A stretch of 20,000 bases of DNA, taken from an uncultured virus (IMG/VR IMGVR_UViG_3300031773_001380) (Duplodnaviria > Heunggongvirae > Uroviricota > Caudoviricetes). Positions 7,672-16,311 of this stretch are shown here, one piece after another. The stretch lies in IMG/VR virus record IMGVR_UViG_3300031773_001380; one strand, 5' to 3'. The position numbers and the translations under genes were made by a program. Numbering within the stretch: the stretch's first letter is position 1; every line of letters starts with the position of its first letter. Below the pieces are notes generated by a model. The model saw only the letters and a list, made by a program, of their open reading frames with translations, was not told the DNA's origin and made no database searches.

Positions 7672-9120
7672 TCAAAGACTTAGGAGTCTAGACTTATAAA
7701 AATCGAATTTTTCTTGCTCTCTTCTGATGATTTCTGTGTCCAAAACGTCATTTGGATACCCTAATGAGGTTTTCTTGAATTGTTCTGCACTAAACCCTAA
7801 GTTCTGGAACCTATTAAAGAAGGTCCAAGCACCGCGTTTTAAGGGTTCTCCTTTAGCAAAGTCTAACTGTAATTCAGTTGCCAATGCTGTAGCTTCTTCC
7901 CTTGTAAACCCATCATTTCGTTTCCATCCACCCTGTCCATCTAATTCATATCCATATTGTCCTGGATTCTGAGACATTAGACTGCCATCATGTGGGTGTA
8001 TGTATAGTGGGTGATATGAAACTACGTCTACGGGGCAGTCTGGCTGCATTAACCACTCGTTATTAGCTCGTAATGTATCAGGTGTATCATGTGGTAATCC
8101 AACAATTAAACCTGTAAGAATAATCATCTCAGGACATTCCTCTCGTAATCTTATAAGACCTTCTTTAAGTTTCTCACCTGGCATACCTTTACCAATTGAT
8201 TTACCTGATGCTGTATTAAAGGATTCAACACCAAAAAATACACTTCTAAGACCACTTTCATATAATTGTTTTGCTGTCTCCCAATGAGATACTATTAAAT
8301 CTAATCTAGCAAAACTACTGAACTCAATATTGAAATCCATTTTCATAAATTCCTCATGGAACCTTGATACTTTTTCTGGACTATCATTATATGTATCATC
8401 ACAGAACATAAATCCTGTACTACCAAATCTATTCCTGGCATCTTCTATTTCTTTTTTAACTAATTCAGGAACCCTGTTGAACTCCCATATCTTTTTACCA
8501 TTAAGATCATAACTACAATAGCTACATTTGAATATGCAACCTCTAGCAATTTCTATAGGTAAGTGTTCATTAGGAAATATTAAATCATCATCGTCCCATA
8601 ATATAGAACATGTTGAAAATCTTTCATACCCTAAGTTTAATGTTCTTTTAGAAGGTCTTTTCTCTTCTATTTCTTTTGTGATTTGTAGAACACTTTCCTC
8701 ACCTTGGCCTTTTATTATAATATCAAATGATTTATCATCAGGTCTTATATGGTTTGCTTTGTGTCCTCCTGCTACAATTTTACAATCAGGATTGATTGAT
8801 CTTATTTCATCTACTAATTCTTGCCAATCATCTCTTCCTGTAACAGTCATCTGTGCAGTAAAAATATTCGTTCTATTTTTACCTGTTTGGAGCATTCTAT
8901 CATACTCCAGAAAAGTTGTACTAAGACCAACCCATAAAGTATTCTTACCAACAAATTTTTTAATTATGCCTATAAGTTCTTCTGTTGACCACTTAGTAAA
9001 GTATTCTATAACCTGTACTTTATATCCATTAGCCCTGAGCTCAGATGCTATACGATATGTCCCAGCATATCTTCCAAAACCGGGACTACATATATCTGTG
9101 AATAGTATTATATCAGGCAT
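7672..9120 (-). CDS. Cobalamin-dependent (class B-type) radical SAM enzyme
   Basis: N-terminal B12-binding-like domain (RIASELRANGYKVQVIE, VGLST, KIVAGGH, IIKGQGEE), then ARGCIFKCSYC (CxxxCxxC), FCDDTY, FFGVES and GLIVGLPHDT. Confidence 0.9.
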   Translation of the reverse strand: MPDIILFTDICSPGFGRYAGTYRIASELRANGYKVQVIEYFTKWSTEELIGIIKKFVGKNTLWVGLSTTFLEYDRMLQTGKNRTNIFTAQMTVTGRDDWQELVDEIRSINPDCKIVAGGHKANHIRPDDKSFDIIIKGQGEESVLQITKEIEEKRPSKRTLNLGYERFSTCSILWDDDDLIFPNEHLPIEIARGCIFKCSYCSYDLNGKKIWEFNRVPELVKKEIEDARNRFGSTGFMFCDDTYNDSPEKVSRFHEEFMKMDFNIEFSSFARLDLIVSHWETAKQLYESGLRSVFFGVESFNTASGKSIGKGMPGEKLKEGLIRLREECPEMIILTGLIVGLPHDTPDTLRANNEWLMQPDCPVDVVSYHPLYIHPHDGSLMSQNPGQYGYELDGQGGWKRNDGFTREEATALATELQLDFAKGEPLKRGAWTFFNRFQNLGFSAEQFKKTSLGYPNDVLDTEIIRREQEKFDFYKSRLLSL

Positions 9121-9128
9121 CTCATCAG

Positions 9129-9136
9129 TATTTATA
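9129..9136 (-). promoter_or_regulatory. T4-type late promoter TATAAATA overlapping the receptor stop codon, 8 nt before the radical SAM ATG
   Basis: Minus strand reads TATAAATA-CTGATGAG-ATG. Confidence 0.65.
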
Positions 9137-10703
9137 TACTGATGTCGAGACTAAGAGTTACTTCTCTACCACCTGCGCTGTAGCCAGGTAGTATCTCGAA
9201 ATTCCTGTTAAAAATGTCTCTAATTTGGAAGCCTATACGATATCTAGGTGTTAGATAGTATCCAGCATTAAAATTAAAACTTGATACATTATCAATAGGA
9301 CTGCCATCAAAGTCATTACCCTTATCAAACTGGCCTACATACGATATTAGATAGTCCCAACCAGGCAATGGTGAGCCTCCATACCAAGATATTTTAGTTT
9401 TATATTTGGCATTTCGTATTCTGTCTGAATCTGTATATTTAACCATGATATGTAATGCACCGTCAGACATAAGCAAATGTTTCTGATACTTTATACCTTT
9501 GGATTCATATCCTCCTGAATTGATATACATATTATCCTGGAAATTATAATCAATACTTTCATCAAATCGATAGAACCATGTAGTAAAATCTGCCCATGAT
9601 AATTGTAAACCTTCTCCTCTCTCAGGTTGTAAGTTAGGATTTCCTTTAACCCAATCATCACCATATCTCTCATATAAATTTGGTGCTCTAAAACTATTTG
9701 ATATAGCCCACTTAACACGAACAAGATCAAAGCCAGCTCTTATTGTTACCCTATCCTCTTCATACCTAGCTCCAAAAGCAAATTGTTTCTGTGTATAATT
9801 TAAATAGGTTGCTAACCTCTGATCCCACGCACCATTATATTCTTCTCTGTGTTGTTGTGCGCCTAGTAATAGGCCAGGTTTTACTTCTTTATTAGCATCA
9901 ATAAAATATCTTTCACTAATTGCATTCCAACCTGAATTGTGTTTAACATTATTACGACTATATCCTAGTGTAAGCCAATCACCTCTGATTGATGTGTCAT
10001 ACTTTCGTCCTTTCTGTGTGCATTTATGTTTATCGCTTTGTTTAACTATCGTTACATAATCATTACAACCATCATAATCATATTTGTAATCTTGCATTAC
10101 TGAAATTACTTTCCATTGTTTCCATTCAGTTTTAGTTTTTAATGTAGTGTTCTCAAACCAATCCTCTTCATCGTTATCTGTTTTAACAGAACCATTAGAA
10201 CCTTTATATCTAGAAACTTGAAACCAATCTGTTCCACCTATTATATAATTAAGTTTCTCTCCACCCTTATAGAAAAATTCTTTTTCAAAATTGTCCTCTA
10301 TAAGTATAGTCCCTGCCATTGAAGAACTACCATATAAAGAACTATTAGGTCCATGAATTGTTCTATATGATTGGAATGAAGGTAGATCAGTTCCAAAATC
10401 ATACCACCCAGAGCCAGGATCATTAACAGGTATTCCGTTCCTATAGACTGCTGTATGTTTTACATCAGTTCCATTTGGACCATGTCCTGCAAATCCACCA
10501 TTGCCACCTGGTTGATATATTTTAGTTGAATCTAATCCTTCCATGACTGAATTGTCATATTCAGGTTGTGAATATCCTATGGATTCCTTTGCTCCAACTA
10601 CTATTACTTCTTCTATGTCTGATGCTAGAACTTTTACAGAACACATCAGCACGAAAAGTATGACCGCAAAGTGCAGAACATACTTGTACATTATTTCTTT
10701 CAT
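9132..10703 (-). CDS. TonB-dependent outer-membrane receptor, BtuB-like
   Basis: Signal peptide ending VLA, TonB-box-like IEEVIVVG, plug motifs AVYRNGIPVND and GPNSSLYGSSSMAGTILI, barrel motif SFRAPNLYERY...GNPNLQPE, and C-terminus DIFNRNFEILPGYSAGGREVTLSL, which resembles the BtuB terminal strands. Confidence 0.85.
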   Translation of the reverse strand: MKEIMYKYVLHFAVILFVLMCSVKVLASDIEEVIVVGAKESIGYSQPEYDNSVMEGLDSTKIYQPGGNGGFAGHGPNGTDVKHTAVYRNGIPVNDPGSGWYDFGTDLPSFQSYRTIHGPNSSLYGSSSMAGTILIEDNFEKEFFYKGGEKLNYIIGGTDWFQVSRYKGSNGSVKTDNDEEDWFENTTLKTKTEWKQWKVISVMQDYKYDYDGCNDYVTIVKQSDKHKCTQKGRKYDTSIRGDWLTLGYSRNNVKHNSGWNAISERYFIDANKEVKPGLLLGAQQHREEYNGAWDQRLATYLNYTQKQFAFGARYEEDRVTIRAGFDLVRVKWAISNSFRAPNLYERYGDDWVKGNPNLQPERGEGLQLSWADFTTWFYRFDESIDYNFQDNMYINSGGYESKGIKYQKHLLMSDGALHIMVKYTDSDRIRNAKYKTKISWYGGSPLPGWDYLISYVGQFDKGNDFDGSPIDNVSSFNFNAGYYLTPRYRIGFQIRDIFNRNFEILPGYSAGGREVTLSLDISI

Positions 10704-10717
10704 AATTTACTTAAAAT

Positions 10718-11299
10718 TTATTTGTTATATAAATCTGCAACTTCCATGCAGCCCCTAATCCCAACTGGAACATAACCTGAATGTCCACAAGGATAAGTGT
10801 AGCGTTCTACCAATGCTCGGTGATCGCCACTCCTTCTTTTACCATGAACCCTATTTACATATGGTTGAGCATAAGAACCCAAATTTAACATTCGGTCTAT
10901 CTCCATGTAATTAAACCCAGAGTCTTTCATATAACCTATATCAATATCTCTACACCTAGGTAGCTCTGTATTAGGGTTTACATACCAACAATAATCTTCC
11001 CTAACTCTAGGTAAACTTACTCTTGGTTCAATTATAGTTCCGTCAGGTAATATCAATATACTTGGTTGGTAATAGTGTCTGTAATTACCACCCCTACGTC
11101 TTGATTCATACCCACCGTAACTATCATAGCGTTCGCTGTAATAAGGATCTCTGTGGTCTTTATCTTTTTGGATTTCGGAACCTAAGATTCCACCAAAGAT
11201 AATACCAGCAATCACATCACTTGTATCTGCTGCCTTTGCAGGGGTGGCAATAAATATTGCTCCTAAAATAACCCCTATTACTATTAATCGTTTTTTCAT
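10718..11299 (-). CDS. Hypothetical exported protein with a glycine-zipper-like segment
   Basis: ATG at 11299 with GGAGG at 11305-11309. Signal peptide MKKRLIVIGVILGAIFIATPAKA, then IAGIIFGGILG and a Tyr/Arg/Gly-rich region. Confidence 0.75.
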   Translation of the reverse strand: MKKRLIVIGVILGAIFIATPAKAADTSDVIAGIIFGGILGSEIQKDKDHRDPYYSERYDSYGGYESRRRGGNYRHYYQPSILILPDGTIIEPRVSLPRVREDYCWYVNPNTELPRCRDIDIGYMKDSGFNYMEIDRMLNLGSYAQPYVNRVHGKRRSGDHRALVERYTYPCGHSGYVPVGIRGCMEVADLYNK

Positions 11300-11341
11300 C
11301 AGTACCTCCACTAACTATATATACACTAATTAAAGCACATT

Positions 11342-11950
11342 TTAAGCCTTTTGTCTACCTTTTCCTTGCTCTTTTGGTCCTTTAGATCTTTTGACTTTTT
11401 TGTTTCGTTTCTCTAATCTTTGGTGTACTTCATCAGGAGTCATCCAAAAGTCTTTGCCATCTATCATTTGTTTTAGCTCTTGTGGAGTTAGAAAGTCTCC
11501 ATATACAGAGCGAAATAGATTCCTTGCCCATTTATCATCTGCTTGTACACCTGCTAATTGCTCGTTACCCTTGCCCCAATTGCCTGAACTATATGTATGG
11601 AACATGAAATGACTATGTTCAGACATCTCACATATCTCAGCACTTAAAAATATTAATGTTGCTGCTGACATACACATACCTTCTACAGATGCAATTGTTG
11701 CTGCAGGACTTTCTGCAATTGCTTTCATTAATTGTATGCAGGTAAACATATCACCGCCACTAGAATTAATGTGTATAATAACAGCATCGTTCTCGGTAGA
11801 CATTCTTAGTATCTGATTCCAATCTTGATACTCTTTTGCCTCCCCTATATGTCCTGTTAAGTAGAGATCAAATACACGGGCAACTGGCCTTTCGTAAGCG
11901 TTGCCCGTGGGTTGATTATTTATTGGTTTTGTTGGACTAGATTCGCTCAT
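11342..11950 (-). CDS. ClpP-like serine protease
   Basis: HINSSGGD, GMCMSAA (Ser), FMFH (His) and DFWMTPDE (Asp) follow the ClpP motif order. Confidence 0.88.
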   Translation of the reverse strand: MSESSPTKPINNQPTGNAYERPVARVFDLYLTGHIGEAKEYQDWNQILRMSTENDAVIIHINSSGGDMFTCIQLMKAIAESPAATIASVEGMCMSAATLIFLSAEICEMSEHSHFMFHTYSSGNWGKGNEQLAGVQADDKWARNLFRSVYGDFLTPQELKQMIDGKDFWMTPDEVHQRLEKRNKKVKRSKGPKEQGKGRQKA

Positions 11951-12287
11951 AATATCTCGTTACCGCCTTTATTTTTTCAACTTGTTTATCAATTATTGCC
12001 GTTCTATTAGGCCAATGTATATATTCCTTCTCAGGATTTTTCTGCAAGTTAAACAGTAAAGGTAGTATGAGATCTTCTACATCACGAAGTTTAGTTGCCA
12101 CATCAGATTCAATTAGAGCTCTGTGCTCATTAATCATTCCGGAGTTATCAGCTGTCAGTATCTTGGCTTCTAGCTGCTGTAATTTATCCATTATCTTATC
12201 TTCATCAACGGACGGAGCTACTTGTTGAGTTGCCGGTTGGTCCGGTTCGTCAACTGCCGTAAAACCAAAATCAAATTCTTCTGCCAT
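11937..12287 (-). CDS. Conserved hypothetical phage protein, 116 aa
   Basis: Strong GGAGG RBS and a late-like CATAAATA upstream. Acidic N-terminus FDFGFTAVDE and C-terminal LILPLLFNL...YIHWPNR. Confidence 0.8.
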   Translation of the reverse strand: MAEEFDFGFTAVDEPDQPATQQVAPSVDEDKIMDKLQQLEAKILTADNSGMINEHRALIESDVATKLRDVEDLILPLLFNLQKNPEKEYIHWPNRTAIIDKQVEKIKAVTRYYERI

Positions 12288-12306
12288 AGTGTTTTCCTCC
12301 TACTAC

Positions 12307-12314
12307 TATTTATG
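12307..12314 (-). promoter_or_regulatory. Late-promoter variant CATAAATA
   Basis: One mismatch to TATAAATA. Overlaps the def stop codon and is followed by GTAGTAGGAGG. Confidence 0.5.
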
Positions 12315-12861
12315 CCTGTTTGAGATGTTTCTGTTGTCTTTGGTACTTCTTTATTTTTTTCTCTATAGATTTAAAAGCACGCTCTAGTTTAAGTTTTGAT
12401 ACTCTTTGGGTCATGTTTTGGCCAACCATATGATCGTATTCGTGTAGTATAACCCTTGCACCTATCCCTTCATATGTTTCTGTCTTCTCTTCACCCTCAG
12501 AAGTATGATACATTATTGTACATTGTTTAGGTCTTTTTACCATTAGCCACAAACCTGGAAATGATAAACAACCTTCTTTCATAACTTCCTCTTCATCACT
12601 AACTGCTATTAATAGTGGATTGAAAAATGCTTTTTGCATGCCTTCAGGTTTGCCATCTCCAATAACAAAACATGCTTTGTCTATACCTACTTGGTTTGCA
12701 GACAAACCTACACCACCAAACTTTTGCATTGCTTGTAATAGGCCAAATTTAATAGCTTTTAAATCATCCTTTTCTAAGTCCACTTGCTGTGGAGATTCTT
12801 TTAATGCTGGAGATGTAAAAGGTATTAACTCTAAATCTTCAAATGATATTTCTTCACTCAT
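12310..12861 (-). CDS. def: Peptide deformylase
   Basis: All three PDF motifs are present: GVGLSANQVG, EGCLSFP and HEYDH. Confidence 0.96.
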   Translation of the reverse strand: MSEEISFEDLELIPFTSPALKESPQQVDLEKDDLKAIKFGLLQAMQKFGGVGLSANQVGIDKACFVIGDGKPEGMQKAFFNPLLIAVSDEEEVMKEGCLSFPGLWLMVKRPKQCTIMYHTSEGEEKTETYEGIGARVILHEYDHMVGQNMTQRVSKLKLERAFKSIEKKIKKYQRQQKHLKQA

Positions 12862-13095
12862 TTATTTTGTTCCTAAGTTCAACACCTGTTGGAATTCCTG
12901 GAAACCGCCTACAGGATTATCATCTATAAAAATTTGTGGGAATGTTTTAGCATTAGGAACCTTCTCAAATAGTTCTTCTGCTTTGTAGTCTGCATCTAGT
13001 AACAAGTAATCATAGTCTAAACCTTTTTGTTCACAAAGTTGTTTTGCTGAATTGCAAAAAGTACATCTAGTCTTTCCATATATTGTAATCTTCAT
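12862..13095 (-). CDS. grx: Glutaredoxin
   Basis: CTFC active site, TFPQIFI and VGGF. 77 aa. Confidence 0.93.
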   Translation of the reverse strand: MKITIYGKTRCTFCNSAKQLCEQKGLDYDYLLLDADYKAEELFEKVPNAKTFPQIFIDDNPVGGFQEFQQVLNLGTK

Positions 13096-13103
13096 TGTCT
13101 TCC

Positions 13104-14777
13104 TTATTTTGCTATAACAGAATAGTTCTGTCGTTTTTCAAATTTAATAACAGATCTAAATTTATCAAATAGTTGATCACCCTTATGAGATATTACGAAG
13201 ACATTCGTATCTTCTCCTATTGTGTCTAATAGTTGCATAACATATTCAGTTCCATTGTTATCTAAACTACTATCAAACACTTCATCTAATAAAAGGATGT
13301 TAGTACTAGCGCTGTTCTTCATCTTGGCAATAGTTCTCCAAGTAAACACTAATGCTAAATCTATTCTTTGTTTTTCTCCTTCACTAAAAGATGCATAACT
13401 AAATTTATCTCTGAACCTAGACTTAATTGTTTCTTTAAATGTTTCATCCATTTCAAACTGAACAAAAAAGTCCATTGCTGCAAGGTATTTATTAACTAAT
13501 TTGTTTATTATAGGAATATATTGCCTAATTATCTTAGTTTTAATACCAGAATCTTTTAATAGTGATGTACACAAATTATAATAATGATTTGTTTCATTTA
13601 AGTCTGTCTTTTCTGTGGTCTTTTTAACAACATCTTTAGCAAGTTTCTTTAACTTGTCTTTCTCAGATGTTATATCACCTACTTTAGTATGTGTATCACT
13701 TAATTCTAATGTTAGTCTTTGTATTATTCTTTGTTGAGCTATAATCTCATTATTAGAATCCATTATTTGTTTGTCTAATTCAGACACTTGATCAACAAGT
13801 TCTTCTACTTCTTCGTACTTCGTATTCAGTTCTGTTAGAGCACCTTCAAGTTCAGAGACTTTCTCTTCGTCTCTTTGTGTCATTATTTGTTTGTGGTCGT
13901 GTTCTATACCTTGTTGACAAACAGGACATTCCTCATTGTTATGAAAGAAGTCTATTTGTTTTCTGTGGGTTTTAATTTGTCCTGTAAATTTGTCTCTGTA
14001 TCGTTCAAGAGATTTCTTTTTTTCCTGGACATCACCCAGACTCGTCTTCTTGCCTGTTGCCTCTGTTGTACTCGCTTCATAAACCTTGATCGCATCTTCT
14101 GCCTCCTGTATGGAATTGTTCAGCCCTTGTACTTTAGACTCTTTATCGTCCTCTAAAGTCTTTATATATTGTTCTTGAAGTTTTGCTTTCTGCTTTGCTA
14201 CATCTATGTCGCCTGTTATAAGATTTACTTTACTTTCTAAATCATTTACTTTTGTTTTTAACACACCATTCATAGCAGTAAATATTGTTATGTCTAATAT
14301 GTCCTCAATTATCTCTCGTCTTGCTCCTAAATGTAATTGCATAAAGGGAGTAAAAGAAGCACTACCTAACATCACAATCTGTGTAAATGATTTGTAATTA
14401 AGTTTAAGAATATTCTCTTCTAAATATTTTTGAAAGTCTCTAATGTTAGCATTCTTATCTAAAAGTTCGCCATTAATTTCTATATCAAATACTCTTGGTT
14501 GTAATCCTCTTCTTATAAGATAATTTTTACTACCTATATTAAAGTTAATTTCAACCAAACAATGTTTGTTATTAATAGAATTAATTAACTGTGGTTTAGA
14601 TACACTTCTAAATGGTTTATTAAACAATGCAAATGTCAAAGCATCTAACAATGTTGATTTACCACTACCATTCTCTCCTACAATTAATGTGCTAGGACTA
14701 TGTTGAAAATCAACCTCTGTCCACGCATTTCCTGTAGATAGAAAATTTTTCCATCTAATATTTGTAAATTTTATCAT
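13104..14777 (-). CDS. gp46: T4 gp46-like recombination endonuclease subunit (Rad50/SbcC ATPase)
   Basis: GENGSGKST, coiled coil with CPVC zinc hook, FSEGEKQRID signature, LLDEVFD and ISHK. Confidence 0.97.
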   Translation of the reverse strand: MIKFTNIRWKNFLSTGNAWTEVDFQHSPSTLIVGENGSGKSTLLDALTFALFNKPFRSVSKPQLINSINNKHCLVEINFNIGSKNYLIRRGLQPRVFDIEINGELLDKNANIRDFQKYLEENILKLNYKSFTQIVMLGSASFTPFMQLHLGARREIIEDILDITIFTAMNGVLKTKVNDLESKVNLITGDIDVAKQKAKLQEQYIKTLEDDKESKVQGLNNSIQEAEDAIKVYEASTTEATGKKTSLGDVQEKKKSLERYRDKFTGQIKTHRKQIDFFHNNEECPVCQQGIEHDHKQIMTQRDEEKVSELEGALTELNTKYEEVEELVDQVSELDKQIMDSNNEIIAQQRIIQRLTLELSDTHTKVGDITSEKDKLKKLAKDVVKKTTEKTDLNETNHYYNLCTSLLKDSGIKTKIIRQYIPIINKLVNKYLAAMDFFVQFEMDETFKETIKSRFRDKFSYASFSEGEKQRIDLALVFTWRTIAKMKNSASTNILLLDEVFDSSLDNNGTEYVMQLLDTIGEDTNVFVISHKGDQLFDKFRSVIKFEKRQNYSVIAK

Positions 14778-15835
14778 CCTATATCTTGTGCTTCTACATA
14801 TAAACTTTGCAACAGATTTTTAATTCTTTGTTTATCTAAATCTGTCTCGACTGAATTGACAAACTCTTTTAATAAAGTCATTGTATCTTCTAAATCAATA
14901 TCTTCACCCAATGCTTCATCTTCAAACTCTGAAAAGTCTTCTATAATTTTTAGATCAATTAGATTACATTGATATAATCTATCTACGAAAGTATCAAAGC
15001 GTGTAAAGTCTGTTTTATTATTTACAATTAACTTAACACAACCACCAGCAATCCTATTAAAATCAAAATGACTGATACTGTTAACACCTTCAAAATTGGA
15101 GTCGTCATAATAGATTTTATGGAAGAGCTTATAAGGGTTGTTGTGGTATTCCAATGATCTTTGAACTGTATCGAAGACTGCAAATCCTCTTGGGTCTTCG
15201 TAATCGCTCCAAGTGATTTCGTAAGGGTTACCCATATATGTAATATTGCCTCTGCTATGCCTATGATGAAAATGGCCACTAACCACAAGCTCAAAATCAC
15301 TAAAAATAGTAGAGTCCATGCCGTGGAGATTAGGCATACCTGGAAGAAGATCGTAACCTGCGAATTCAAAATGTCCGAAGCAAGTCTTTGCATCAGTCTC
15401 TGAAATTTTGGCCATAGTCCTGTCATAATTTTCACCACATATCCATGGAAGGTATAATACCTTCTCTCTATCTAACATTATTTCTGTTGGTTCTTGATAT
15501 AATGTTATGTTGTTATATTCCCCTAACAATAAGTCAGGGCTGTTTACATCATTTGTATTTTTAAAATAAGTATCATGATTACCTGGAACCATGTGTACTT
15601 CAATACCTAGTTCTGCTGCTTTACCAAAGAAATATCTTTTACAAGACTTCAATGTATTAAAATTTATATACTTTCTTCTATCAAATATATCACCCAAATG
15701 ACATATTGTTTTTATTCCTTCCTTTTCTAAGTAAGGAAAGAAGAAGTCAGTATAAAATTTTTCAAAGTAAGCATCAAAGGCTAAATGATCTGACCTTGCA
15801 CCAAAGTGTGTATCTGTAACTAGAGCTACCTTCAT
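14774..15835 (-). CDS. gp47: T4 gp47-like recombination nuclease subunit (Mre11/SbcD)
   Basis: TDTHFG, LGDIFD, GNHD, GHFE and SGHFH metallophosphoesterase motifs. ATGA overlap with gp46. Confidence 0.97.
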   Translation of the reverse strand: MKVALVTDTHFGARSDHLAFDAYFEKFYTDFFFPYLEKEGIKTICHLGDIFDRRKYINFNTLKSCKRYFFGKAAELGIEVHMVPGNHDTYFKNTNDVNSPDLLLGEYNNITLYQEPTEIMLDREKVLYLPWICGENYDRTMAKISETDAKTCFGHFEFAGYDLLPGMPNLHGMDSTIFSDFELVVSGHFHHRHSRGNITYMGNPYEITWSDYEDPRGFAVFDTVQRSLEYHNNPYKLFHKIYYDDSNFEGVNSISHFDFNRIAGGCVKLIVNNKTDFTRFDTFVDRLYQCNLIDLKIIEDFSEFEDEALGEDIDLEDTMTLLKEFVNSVETDLDKQRIKNLLQSLYVEAQDIG

Positions 15836-15837
15836 TA

Positions 15838-16311
15838 TTAACCTTCGTAAATTGCTGAATTAGCTCCATGTTCTCTCACCTCACAGGATGTTGCAAAACA
15901 CCTGTTGTTTGTTTTCTTCTTTACCAAGTCATTGGCAAAGTGGAATGCTTGTTCTGCAAACTTCTCACATCCTACTCCGTTCATAACTCGTACTTCTGTC
16001 AATCCTTTCTGTTCTATTAATAGAAACTCTTGTAGTTCAGGATCGTCTTTATCTACTGCATGTTTGTGGTCGAACATATCTTTTAACCACGATTTTAAAT
16101 CTTTTAAATCACCAAAGTCTACTACCCAATTTTTATCATCGAGGTGGTCACACCCAAATTTAAAACTAAAAGACAAAGCGTAACCATGTAGTAAACTACA
16201 ATGACTATGCGTTGCCAAAGGTTGTCTAAACATACATGAAAGACCTTCTTCATGTCCATAAGTTTTTGTAGAGTAATACTTGTAATCTCTATAAGGTTCA
16301 GGTTGGTTCAT
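15838..16311 (-). CDS. queD: 6-carboxy-tetrahydropterin synthase (QueD/PTPS family)
   Basis: HCSLLHGY, WVVDFGDLK, FDH, GCEKFAE and VREHGANSAIY. Start reassigned to ATG 16311, with AGGAG near 16322-16326. Confidence 0.88.
   Translation of the reverse strand: MNQPEPYRDYKYYSTKTYGHEEGLSCMFRQPLATHSHCSLLHGYALSFSFKFGCDHLDDKNWVVDFGDLKDLKSWLKDMFDHKHAVDKDDPELQEFLLIEQKGLTEVRVMNGVGCEKFAEQAFHFANDLVKKKTNNRCFATSCEVREHGANSAIYEG

Noticed and set aside
9491..9730. 79-aa minus-strand ORF
   Set aside because: It is nested out of frame in the receptor gene with no independent support.
10704..10717. Cobalamin riboswitch upstream of the BtuB-like gene
   Set aside because: The intergenic gap is only 14 nt and I saw no B12-box.
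15028..15438. 136-aa minus-strand ORF with hydrophobic stretches
   Set aside because: It is an alternative frame wholly inside gp47. Hydrophobicity is expected in shifted frames of AT-rich genes.
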